Part shown: one piece after another, positions 6,268 to 13,896 of the stretch
Position numbering within the stretch: position 1 is the first letter of the stretch
Layout of the letters: each line of letters opens with the position of its first letter
From: Microcystaceae cyanobacterium
GTDB taxonomy: Bacteria; Cyanobacteriota; Cyanobacteriia; Cyanobacteriales; Microcystaceae
NCBI GenBank assembly: GCA_041746575.1
Contig: JBGTGT010000088.1
Coordinates: forward strand, 1 to 13,896
DNA length: 13,896 nucleotides
Reading direction: 5' to 3'
Position numbers and translations under genes: made by a program
Notes under the pieces: model-generated
What the model saw: only the letters and a program-made list of their open reading frames with translations
Databases searched by the model: none
What the model was told of the DNA's origin: nothing

Positions 6268-7644
6268 ATGGCTTTTATCTTAGATCCTTTAGCCCTTTCT
6301 AACCTGATTCCTTCGCAGTGGCGCAAATCAAGCCTTATTTTTCGTTTATTCAATCTTTTTAGAGAGTGGCGACAAGGTAGCTGGTTACTGCAATGGTCTG
6401 AACCCATTGGCGCACTTCTATTAAGTTTGGTTTTTTTACTCGGCCCTTTTGTCTCAACCGGATTAATCGGAGCAATATTAGTCGCAATGACCGGTTACTG
6501 GGTGCTATTAACGGTTAGTGAGCAAGAAAAAGGAAATATTAACTTAATACAAGTTTTAATCTTACTTTATTGGTTGATTGCCGGACTCTCAGTAATTTTG
6601 TCCCCTGTTAAAATGGCCGCTCTAGTCGGTTGGGTCAAATTCACTCTATATTTAGGCTTATTCGTTTTAGCAAGCCGAATTCTTCAGTCACCACCCTTGT
6701 TTAATCGGATAATCTTTTTCGTTCTGATGGTCGCTTTAGTCGTTAGTATTTACGGCATTCGTCAAGAATTCTATGGCGTCGAACAATTAGCCACTTGGAA
6801 TGATCCCACCTCAGAATTAGCAGGAGATACCAGAGTTTATAGTTATCTGGGAAATCCTAACTTATTAGCCGCTTATTTATTACCTCCCATTGCCTTGAGT
6901 GGGGCGGCGGTTTTAGTATGGCAAGGTTTACTACCCAAAGCCTTAGCTAGCACCATGTTACTCTTTAATAGTGCCTGTCTCTACTTCACGGACAGTCGTG
7001 GCGGTTGGATGGGTATGGTGGTATTAATCTTCGCTTTTGCCTTTCTGCTCTATCTCTGGTGGTTGCCTTATTTATCCCCTTTCTGGCAAAAATGGTTACT
7101 TCCCCTCGCAGGAGGGACTTTTACCCTGTTGGGCATTGCCGCCTTTGTAGCAGTTGAACCGTTGCGCCTGAGAATTATGAGTATTTTCGCTGGCAGACAA
7201 GATAGTAGCAATAACTTTCGCATGAATGTATGGGCATCCGTAATTGACATGATTAAAGCGCGTCCTCTGACGGGGATTGGTCCCGGTAATACAGCCTTTA
7301 ATGCCGTGTATCCTTTATTTATGCGTCCCAAATATAGTGCTTTGAGTGCCTATTCCGTTTACTTAGAAACGGCGGTAGAAACGGGATTAATTGGGTTAAG
7401 TGTCTTTTTAGGGTTTATTCTCACCGCGATCACCCAAGGTATTCAAAAAATGATCCTTTTGCGCAACGAAAACCATCGTCAAGGCCTCTGGATTATAGCA
7501 GCGATCGCTGGCATGATGGGATTATTGACCCACGGTTTAGTTGATACGGTTTGGTATCGCCCTCAGGTTAATAATTTGTGGTGGTTATTAGTGGCTATTA
7601 TTGTCAGTCAAATTAATCGAACATCCGTTCGCGTTAAGGAATAA
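6268..7644 (+). CDS. ictB: IctB family membrane protein (O-antigen ligase/polymerase-like; historically annotated as a bicarbonate transporter)
   Basis: EQLATWNDP, RVYSYLGNPNLLA, TDSRGGW, GRQDSSNNFRMNVW, GIGPGN, ALSAYS and DTVWYRPQV motifs; multiple transmembrane segments. Confidence 0.92.
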   Translation: MAFILDPLALSNLIPSQWRKSSLIFRLFNLFREWRQGSWLLQWSEPIGALLLSLVFLLGPFVSTGLIGAILVAMTGYWVLLTVSEQEKGNINLIQVLILLYWLIAGLSVILSPVKMAALVGWVKFTLYLGLFVLASRILQSPPLFNRIIFFVLMVALVVSIYGIRQEFYGVEQLATWNDPTSELAGDTRVYSYLGNPNLLAAYLLPPIALSGAAVLVWQGLLPKALASTMLLFNSACLYFTDSRGGWMGMVVLIFAFAFLLYLWWLPYLSPFWQKWLLPLAGGTFTLLGIAAFVAVEPLRLRIMSIFAGRQDSSNNFRMNVWASVIDMIKARPLTGIGPGNTAFNAVYPLFMRPKYSALSAYSVYLETAVETGLIGLSVFLGFILTAITQGIQKMILLRNENHRQGLWIIAAIAGMMGLLTHGLVDTVWYRPQVNNLWWLLVAIIVSQINRTSVRVKE

Positions 7645-7682
7645 GTCGTCGGGGAAACGGTGTTCTGCACTGATGGTAAAGT

Positions 7683-7700
7683 TTTGTAAAGTTTTGTAAA
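7683..7700 (-). promoter_or_regulatory. HLR1 motif (RpaB binding site) upstream of ctaA
   Basis: Minus strand TTTACAAA-AC-TTTACAAA is an exact match to (G/T)TTACA(T/A)(T/A)-N2-(G/T)TTACA(T/A)(T/A). It lies within the 10-bp tandem repeat GTAAAGTTTT x2.6 (7676-7701). Confidence 0.7.
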
Positions 7701-7870
7701 GCGATCCCAAAGGAAATCTGAAGAATTAGGCAAAATTTCTTAGATTGAGGTTCTATCGCTAAAGTCTTCGTTAAAATTTTGACCAGAATCCCTATTATCT
7801 CTAGCGAAAGGAGCGATGAATTCCCTAACGAATCCGAGAGCTAAAAGTAGAACATTTTATCGTAATTCCC

Positions 7871-8809
7871 ATGACAGAGTCCCTTATTAGACTTCCTCCT
7901 GTTTTTTCGGAAACATTTTCTTCTTTACAAACGTGGATACGCCGTCTGGTGTGGAAAATCGCCATTGCCACCCTTTTATTGATGATGGTAGGAAGTGCCA
8001 CCCGAGTGATGAATGCAGGACTGGCTTGTCCTGATTGGCCTTTGTGCTATGGGCAACTGATTCCCCGTCAGCAAATGAATTTACAGGTGTTTTTAGAGTG
8101 GTTTCACCGCCTTGATGCGGCCTTAATCGGTCTTAGTACTCTTAGCTTGCTTGGACTCTCTATCGGATTCCGTCGGCGACTTCCTCAATGGTTACCTTGG
8201 GCATCCCTATTGGCGTTAGGATTAATCATTTTTCAGGGAATTTTAGGCGGTTTGACGGTTACACAACTCTTACGCTTTGACATTGTTACTGCACATCTGG
8301 GAACAGCCCTTTTGTTTTTGGGGACACTCATTGTCATTGCTGTTAATTTAATGCCCTCATCTGCCACGATTCAACCGACAAAATTCACTTTGATTGGCTC
8401 TATTTCTGCAATTTTTATCTTTTTACAGTGTCTATTGGGCGGATTAGTCGGTTCTCGTTGGGCTGTTCATCAATGCTTAAACTTAAGTTTCAATCAATTA
8501 TGTACGGTGCTGAATAGCCATCTTTGGGGGGTTATTCCCTCAACCTTAGCAATTTTGACCTTGGGGATTTTGACATGGCGTACACCGTCTTTAAGCGTAA
8601 GTTTACGTCGTTTGGGTAAGGCAGTTATCCTTATTGTTCTTTTGCAAATTCTCTTAGGGGTTGCCACGTTTTGCCTTCATCTCCAGATAGAACCCTTAAC
8701 TATCGCCCATCACACCCTTGGGGCAATTCTTTTTGGCGTGTTGGTGGCTTTTACTGCTTTAAGTTTACGCCCTGAAAGTCTCCATCAGACATTAGAAACA
8801 CAGCATTAA
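7871..8809 (+). CDS. ctaA: Heme A synthase (COX15/CtaA)
   Basis: [32 protein letters not shown] and conserved histidines in the second half; about 8 transmembrane helices. Confidence 0.95.
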   Translation: MTESLIRLPPVFSETFSSLQTWIRRLVWKIAIATLLLMMVGSATRVMNAGLACPDWPLCYGQLIPRQQMNLQVFLEWFHRLDAALIGLSTLSLLGLSIGFRRRLPQWLPWASLLALGLIIFQGILGGLTVTQLLRFDIVTAHLGTALLFLGTLIVIAVNLMPSSATIQPTKFTLIGSISAIFIFLQCLLGGLVGSRWAVHQCLNLSFNQLCTVLNSHLWGVIPSTLAILTLGILTWRTPSLSVSLRRLGKAVILIVLLQILLGVATFCLHLQIEPLTIAHHTLGAILFGVLVAFTALSLRPESLHQTLETQH

Positions 8810-8862
8810 GACTTTTTTCTTTGGTCTTTCTTCTTCAAAAATTACGTTATTGGTTTGATATA

Positions 8863-9822
8863 ATGGTCGGAATTAATATTGCTCGTCGTCACGATTCTCC
8901 GTTACAAATTGCCAGAAGTTACTATCAATTAACCAAACCTCGAATTATCCCTTTGTTATTAATTACCACCGCCGCTTCAATGTGGATAGCCTCTAAAGGA
9001 CAGGTGGATTTTTTCCAGTTAATGATTACCTTACTAGGGGGAACCTTAGCGGCAGCCTCGGCACAAGTATTGAATTGCATTTATGATCAAGATATTGATT
9101 ATGCCATGCAACGTACCCGCTCTCGTCCCATTCCCTCGGGTAAAGTTCAACCCCGTCATGCCCTCATTTTTGCCCTCGTTTTAGCCGTTTTATCCTTTGG
9201 GTTATTTGCCATTTTTATTAACCTTTTAAGTGCCGGTTTGGCTTTCTCTGGCATTCTTTTTTATATGCTGGTTTATACTCATTGGTTAAAGCGTCATACC
9301 ACTCAAAATATCGTTATTGGTGGAGCGGCAGGTTCGATTCCTCCCCTTGTGGGTTGGGCGGCAGTCACCGGCGAATTGAGTTGGCCAGCGTGGGTGCTAT
9401 TTGCTATTATCTTTTTGTGGACACCTCCCCATTTTTGGGCATTAGCTTTAATGATTAAAGATGACTATCAAGAAGTCAGTATTCCCATGTTACCGGTTAT
9501 TGAAGGGGAAGAAAAAACGGTACGACAAATTTGGCTTTATACCCTTCTTTTTGTGCCTTGTACATTCTTGCTAACTTATCCTTGCCTTGCTTCTGGGTGG
9601 TTTTATACCATTTGTGCGATGATTTTAGGACTCATTTTTCTAAAACAGGTCTGGCAATTAAAACAATCTCCTTACGATAAAGATAGCGCGCGATCGCTAT
9701 TTAAGTTCTCCATTTTTTACTTGATGTTACTCTGTATGGCGATGATTATTGACAGTCTTCCCTTAACCCATCAGGTCATCGCTTTTCTAACGCAATCTTT
9801 CACTTGTTTTTCCGTTTCTTAA
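8863..9822 (+). CDS. ctaB: Heme O synthase (protoheme IX farnesyltransferase)
   Basis: [59 protein letters not shown] 8863 preferred over the TTG at 8821. Confidence 0.95.
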   Translation: MVGINIARRHDSPLQIARSYYQLTKPRIIPLLLITTAASMWIASKGQVDFFQLMITLLGGTLAAASAQVLNCIYDQDIDYAMQRTRSRPIPSGKVQPRHALIFALVLAVLSFGLFAIFINLLSAGLAFSGILFYMLVYTHWLKRHTTQNIVIGGAAGSIPPLVGWAAVTGELSWPAWVLFAIIFLWTPPHFWALALMIKDDYQEVSIPMLPVIEGEEKTVRQIWLYTLLFVPCTFLLTYPCLASGWFYTICAMILGLIFLKQVWQLKQSPYDKDSARSLFKFSIFYLMLLCMAMIIDSLPLTHQVIAFLTQSFTCFSVS

Positions 9823-9849
9823 AATCTCGTCAATATTGACACGTTTATC

Positions 9850-9873
9850 GGTGGGTTTAATGCCCACTTTTTT
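9850..9873 (+). terminator. Intrinsic terminator after ctaAB
   Basis: GTGGGT-TTAAT-GCCCAC followed by T6. Confidence 0.7.
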
Positions 9874-9972
9874 GGGGGATGATTCCACAAAATTCTTAAT
9901 ATTTAAACCACAAAGGACAAAGCATTTTAAAATAGAGGTAGAACAGGAACACTATTGATGAAGTGATTCACC

Positions 9973-10467
9973 ATGAACAGTTGCGTTTTAATGGTTAAAG
10001 TAATTCGGAATCCGCAATTACGCTATACCCAAGATAACCAAACCCCCGTAGCGGAAATGTTGGTAGAGTTTGCTGGACTCAATCCCAATGATGAGCCGTC
10101 CACCCTCAAAGTCGTCGGATGGGGTAATCTTGCCACCAAGTTGCAGGAATCTTATCATGAAGGGGATTCTCTGATTATTGAAGGTCGTCTTTCGATGCGA
10201 GTCATTGAGCGACCCGAAGGATATAAAGAAAAAAGAGCAGAATTAATTGCTTCTCGCTTTCATTCTCTGAATTCTCTCGATTTAAGTGAGGTGGATGCTT
10301 CGCCTTGGGATAAACCCTCAAACCCCGATAATGTGGTTACGATGGAGACTTATCAGACAAAAGCCGATTCTTCGCCCAATTACGACGATTATGAGACAGC
10401 AGAGCCAGTGGACGCTAATACCTCTTCGGAGATAGCCGACGAAAATTTAGATGATATCCCTTTTTAG
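9973..10467 (+). CDS. ssb: Single-stranded DNA-binding protein (cyanobacterial Ycf41-like OB fold with acidic tail)
   Basis: MNSCVLM...PQLRYT...VVGWGNLA...IIEGRL OB-fold pattern, an acidic/proline-rich linker and the canonical SSB C-terminal tip DDIPF. Confidence 0.88.
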   Translation: MNSCVLMVKVIRNPQLRYTQDNQTPVAEMLVEFAGLNPNDEPSTLKVVGWGNLATKLQESYHEGDSLIIEGRLSMRVIERPEGYKEKRAELIASRFHSLNSLDLSEVDASPWDKPSNPDNVVTMETYQTKADSSPNYDDYETAEPVDANTSSEIADENLDDIPF

Positions 10468-10488
10468 GGGTAGAGTTATCCCTTTTTT
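10466..10488 (+). terminator. Intrinsic terminator after ssb
   Basis: AGGGGTA-GAGT-TATCCCT plus a T run, overlapping the stop codon. Confidence 0.6.
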
Positions 10489-10531
10489 AAAACAAGACAT
10501 TTGTTTTGAGAGATATTTTAAGTTAAGCACA

Positions 10532-10609
10532 AAAGTTTTCTTTTATCTCTCTGTTTTTTCTATAGAAAAAGCTTTCGGCTGGTTGAATGGGTATTGCTAT
10601 CTTTCTAAA
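10532..10609 (+). pseudogene. Decayed C-terminal fragment of an IS5-family (IS1031/IS427-like) transposase
   Basis: Translates KVFFYLSVFSIEKAFGWLNGYCYLSK, alignable by eye to the recalled consensus KGFxVLPxRWVVERTFGWLNRYRRLSK. Confidence 0.5.
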
Positions 10610-10708
10610 ATAAAAAGGAAAACCTTAAAATTATCTTGACTCCCAACTTCCCATTTCCGAAAAATAAAAATACCGTAGCTCATCTATAAAAGAACTACTC
10701 TATCAATA

Positions 10709-11455
10709 TCAATAATAGGGTTTGCTGGTTTGGCTAACGTGCGGGGGGTAAATTTGGAGAATCAATAAGGAAAAATAGGGTAATTTTAAGTGAGGATATT
10801 TATCTAAGTTTCGATGAATTTTTTGATCGGGCAAAGTTGCTTTTTCAACAACAAAAGCATGATTGAATAGCTGATGTTTTTCTAAAATCTGCCATACTTG
10901 AGAATAGACAGAAGCAACTTTCATTAAGACAATAACATCCGCCCATTCTAATACTTTTTCTAGTTCCTCAACGCGATACAAAGCAGGAATAATGGCAAGT
11001 CGTTGATCTCGAATCGTTAAAGGAATGCCTAAAGCAGATACGGCAGCCATAGGAGAACAAACGCCCGCAATTGTTTCAATATTAAAAAATTGATAGTTTT
11101 CTTGTAAGGTTTGCGCTAAATAAGTAAAGGTACTATAAAAACTAATATCTCCTTCACACACAAAGACAACATCTTGTCCTATTTCCAGATAAAGCCAAAC
11201 GGTTTTTGCGGCGGTTTGCCATGCTTTTTGTAAGGTGTTTTCGTCTCGGGTATAGGGAAAATTAAGGGGTAATAATTGATGCCGAGAATTTAACCATGGG
11301 GTTACAATTTGCTGGGCTAATCCAAGGTTATTACTTAATCCTTTAGGAAAAGCAATAATAGAGGTTTTTTGTAATCGTTTAAGACTCTTAACGGTCATTA
11401 ATTCGGGATCACCTGTTCCCACACTAATGCCGTATAGCGTGCCTAGAGATGTCAT
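10709..11455 (-). CDS. cobI: Precorrin-2 C20-methyltransferase (CobI/CbiL)
   Basis: LYGISVGTGDPELMTVK, CEGDISFYSTF, AGVCS, VLMKV and LPYFSL tetrapyrrole-methylase motifs. Confidence 0.92.
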   Translation of the reverse strand: MTSLGTLYGISVGTGDPELMTVKSLKRLQKTSIIAFPKGLSNNLGLAQQIVTPWLNSRHQLLPLNFPYTRDENTLQKAWQTAAKTVWLYLEIGQDVVFVCEGDISFYSTFTYLAQTLQENYQFFNIETIAGVCSPMAAVSALGIPLTIRDQRLAIIPALYRVEELEKVLEWADVIVLMKVASVYSQVWQILEKHQLFNHAFVVEKATLPDQKIHRNLDKYPHLKLPYFSLLILQIYPPHVSQTSKPYY

Positions 11456-11505
11456 CTTATACTAATTATTAATCTTGTAAAAAGGGAGAAGTAAGAGGTA
11501 ATTGA

Positions 11506-12336
11506 TTAGCGAGATTGAAGTTCTCGAATTTTTTGATTCATTCTGTCGGCTTCTGCCTGATTATCAAGTAATTTAAATAAATCAGATGCTTTTTGCAGAT
11601 TTTGAATGGCTTTTTCTTTTTGTCCAAGGGTGGCGTAGGCAAGCCCTAAGTTAGCGTGAGCTTCTGTATAGTCAGGGTAAAGGGCAATCGCTTGTTCTAA
11701 ATCCTCAATTGCTCCTTGAGTGTTGTCTATAATACCATAATTTGACCCTCGGTTGTAATAAGCTTGGGCATCACTGGGATCGATTTTTAAAGCGGCAGTG
11801 TAGTCATCAATCGCTTTTTGCGGTTGTCCAAGGCGACTGTAGATCGATCCTCTATTATTATAAGCAGAGGCATCTTGAGGATTAATGCGAATGCTTTCAT
11901 CGAAATCAGCGATCGCTTCTTTTAAACGACCATATTCAGCGTAAGTTACTCCACGGTTATAGTAAGCATCACTATTCTCTGGATTGATTGAAACGGCTTG
12001 CGTATAGTCTGCAATGGCGAGATCTGTTTTACCCTCATCCGCATAAGCATTCCCTCGATTGACATAGGCATCTGAAAAACTCGGATAGAGACGAATCAGT
12101 TCAGTAAAACTCTGAATTGCACCTTTTGGGTCGCCTTGCGCCGTTTTTCTTAAGCCTTCTTCCCACAGCGGACTTTCTACTCCTACCAACCCTTGACTAA
12201 TCAGATTTCCTTCGGTTTCAGAGGAGAAAAAGAGGAAACGTTTGGTAGGATAGGACAAAATAATGCCTGTCGTCAAGATGCCGATACCTAACAGGCTAAA
12301 AACTAAAGATTTCCGCAGATCCATGCTAATAAACAA
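11506..12336 (-). CDS. Membrane-anchored or exported tetratricopeptide-repeat protein
   Basis: N-terminal hydrophobic segment followed by about five to six 34-aa repeats (AYxNRG...AIxDY/F..AI.I.P). Start is TTG 12336 (AAGGTGG upstream) or ATG 12324. Confidence 0.88.
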   Translation of the reverse strand: MFISMDLRKSLVFSLLGIGILTTGIILSYPTKRFLFFSSETEGNLISQGLVGVESPLWEEGLRKTAQGDPKGAIQSFTELIRLYPSFSDAYVNRGNAYADEGKTDLAIADYTQAVSINPENSDAYYNRGVTYAEYGRLKEAIADFDESIRINPQDASAYNNRGSIYSRLGQPQKAIDDYTAALKIDPSDAQAYYNRGSNYGIIDNTQGAIEDLEQAIALYPDYTEAHANLGLAYATLGQKEKAIQNLQKASDLFKLLDNQAEADRMNQKIRELQSR

Positions 12337-12543
12337 GGTAGTACCACCTTAAAGTATCAAATTAATGATTATTGATGATTTTCGCCAGCTAGGTACTAAT
12401 AGCGTTGCGCTAGGGTTAGCCAGCTTTGATCGTCTATCATTATATTATTTAGTATAACGACAGTTAAGGCATAATAGTATTAAAGATATTGGATCTTTTT
12501 CCTTCTCTTCAATTGCCGCTTAAAAAGCATAAAAAAAATAAAA

Positions 12544-13776
12544 ATGATCAAAATATTACACCTTTCAGATATTCATATGGGCAGTGGTTTTTCCCATGGT
12601 CGTTTAAATCCTGAAACCGGCGTTAATACCCGCTTAGAAGACTTTGTCAATACCCTAAGTCAATGTATTGATCGAGCCATTACTGAACCGGTTGACTTAG
12701 TTTTATTTGGGGGTGATGCCTTTCCAGATGCTACCCCTCCCCCCTATGTTCAAGAAGCATTTGCAAGTCAATTCCGTCGTTTAGCAGATGCTGATATTCC
12801 CACCGTTTTATTAGTTGGAAACCATGACCAACATTCTCAAGGAAATGGGGGAGCAAGTTTATGTATTTATCGTACCCTTGGTGTTCCTCGTTTTATTGTA
12901 GGAGATAGTCTAGCCACCCATCAAATTGACACTCGTCAGGGAAAAATTCAAGTAATTACCTTACCTTGGTTAACCCGTTCAACTCTCTTAACTCGCCCTG
13001 AGACCGAAGGGTTATCTTTAGAAAGCGTTAACGAATTATTAATTGAAAAACTAAGCCATGTCCTTGAACATGAAATTCGTCAGCTTGATCCAAATTTGCC
13101 CACAATTTTATTGGGTCATTTAATGGCTAGTCGCGCTACCTTAGGGGCAGAACGTTTTTTAGCAGTGGGTAAAGGGTTTACCATTCCCTTATCTTTATTA
13201 TGCCGGCCGGAATGGGAATATGTGGCTTTGGGTCATGTCCATAAGCATCAAAATCTTAACCCAAATAACGATCCACCGATTATTTATCCCGGTAGTATTG
13301 AACGGGTAGATTTTAGTGAAGAAAAAGAGCAAAAAGGCTACGTTTTAGTGAGAATAATGAAAGGAAAAGTTGAATGGCAATTTTGTACCCTACCCGCTCG
13401 ACTTTTTTGCACCATTGAGGTAGATGTTTCGCAAATAGACGATCCCCAAGCAGCAATTTTAGAAGTTATTAAAAAACATAAAATTGATGATGCTGTTGTT
13501 CGTTTAATTTATCGAATTCGTTCAGAACAACTCGATTTAATTCAAACGTCAATTATTCATGAAGCGTTACAATCTGCTCATCATTATACAATTCGTCCTG
13601 AATTAATCAGTCAATTAGCGAGGCCAAGAATTCCTGAATTAGGCGTCAATCAAAGTTTAGATCCGATGAACGCCTTAAAAACTTATTTACAGTGTCGGGA
13701 AGGATTAGACGATATTACTGAGGATTTATTACAGGCAGCAGAAAAGTTATTAGCAAGTGAACTGTCCCGACGCTGA
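12544..13776 (+). CDS. sbcD: SbcD (Mre11-like) nuclease subunit; last codons derived from an IS end
   Basis: Metallophosphoesterase motifs HLSDIHMG, GGDAF, VGNHD, GH, ALGHVH, YPGS. The final (S)ELSRR* is read from the IS200/IS605 right end starting at 13757. Confidence 0.93.
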   Translation: MIKILHLSDIHMGSGFSHGRLNPETGVNTRLEDFVNTLSQCIDRAITEPVDLVLFGGDAFPDATPPPYVQEAFASQFRRLADADIPTVLLVGNHDQHSQGNGGASLCIYRTLGVPRFIVGDSLATHQIDTRQGKIQVITLPWLTRSTLLTRPETEGLSLESVNELLIEKLSHVLEHEIRQLDPNLPTILLGHLMASRATLGAERFLAVGKGFTIPLSLLCRPEWEYVALGHVHKHQNLNPNNDPPIIYPGSIERVDFSEEKEQKGYVLVRIMKGKVEWQFCTLPARLFCTIEVDVSQIDDPQAAILEVIKKHKIDDAVVRLIYRIRSEQLDLIQTSIIHEALQSAHHYTIRPELISQLARPRIPELGVNQSLDPMNALKTYLQCREGLDDITEDLLQAAEKLLASELSRR

Positions 13777-13870
13777 CGCAAACGTACAGCGCGGGCTTCT
13801 TACCCAGAGACAAGCGCAGTAGTAGATTTCTTTCGTCCTCTATTACTACGACTTACAGTCTGGCGATAAG
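13737..13870 (-). ncRNA. Predicted TnpB omegaRNA (reRNA): scaffold plus ~20-nt flank-derived guide
   Basis: Long stem at 13804-13863 (CCAGA/UCUGG; CGUAGUAAUAGA/UCUACUACUGCG), then the right-end hairpin and UCAC, then flank UUGCUAAUAACUUUUCUGCU. Boundaries are inferred from known TnpB reRNA architecture. Confidence 0.6.
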
Positions 13871-13873
13871 CTT
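13757..13873 (-). mobile_element. Right end of an IS200/IS605-family (tnpB; IS891/IS1341-like) element
   Basis: Minus strand ...TAA GAAG CCCGCGCTGTACG-TTTG-CGTCAGCGTCGGG ACAGT TCAC|: stop codon, subterminal imperfect hairpin (13766-13795) and terminal TCAC (GTGA at 13757-13760), the standard right-end layout. The left boundary is uncertain and may lie beyond the window. Confidence 0.8.
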
Positions 13874-13895
13874 CTTGATGAAGTTGTTCATGGGG
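13800..13895 (-). CDS. tnpB: 3' end of a tnpB-like reading frame (partial or remnant)
   Basis: Reads PHEQLHQEAYRQTVSRSNRGRKKSTTALVSG*. The last 23 residues resemble the recalled basic tail of cyanobacterial TnpB; the first 8 do not. Confidence 0.5.
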   Translation of the reverse strand, partial: PHEQLHQEAYRQTVSRSNRGRKKSTTALVSG

Positions 13896-13896
13896 G

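Larger units (their letters stand above)
3967..11916. repeat. HIP1 octamers (GCGATCGC), four dispersed copies
   Basis: Perfect copies at 3967-3974, 7501-7508, 9690-9697 and 11909-11916; a cyanobacterial genome signature. Confidence 0.85.

Noticed and set aside
7068..7331. 87-aa minus-strand ORF
   Set aside because: Antisense shadow entirely inside ictB.
6268..7644. ictB as evidence of a bicarbonate-uptake system
   Set aside because: The transporter role is a disputed legacy annotation; the sequence is O-antigen ligase-like and no other carbon-uptake genes are adjacent.
10451..10639. 62-aa ORF as a functional gene
   Set aside because: It starts inside ssb and crosses its terminator. Only the internal transposase-like remnant is retained as a feature.
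11600..12150. 102-nt periodicity as a CRISPR-like or other DNA repeat array
   Set aside because: Explained by 34-aa TPR protein repeats; there are no identical repeats with unique spacers.
13690..13775. CAGTGTCGGGA in sbcD can pair with TCCCGACGCTG in the IS end (11 bp with one G:U)
   Set aside because: A single short match inside coding sequence that competes with the stronger local IS hairpin; probably chance.

Overview
AT-rich cyanobacterial chromosomal window with four perfect HIP1 octamers (GCGATCGC) and proteins resembling those of unicellular Chroococcales; the exact taxon cannot be determined. The housekeeping backbone is fbp, a probable lipoprotein and a YegS/DAGK lipid kinase on the minus strand; ictB, ctaA, ctaB and ssb on plus; cobI and a TPR protein on minus; and sbcD on plus. 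Between the lipid kinase and ictB lies an accessory-looking pair: a 655-aa vanadium-dependent haloperoxidase (VHPO) and a small RTX Ca2+-binding protein, each ending in a similar terminator. The ORF track misses several mobile-DNA features. At the left edge, an ISAzo13-like element appears inserted into the target duplication of a ~195-bp IS982-type MITE. At the right edge, the right end and omegaRNA of an IS200/IS605 (tnpB) element sit inside the 3' end of sbcD, supply its last codons and stop, and predict a guide antisense to sbcD. A decayed IS5-like fragment follows ssb, and a perfect HLR1 (RpaB) motif lies upstream of ctaA. No rRNA, tRNA or CRISPR array was seen. Family calls rest on recalled motifs; no database search was run.
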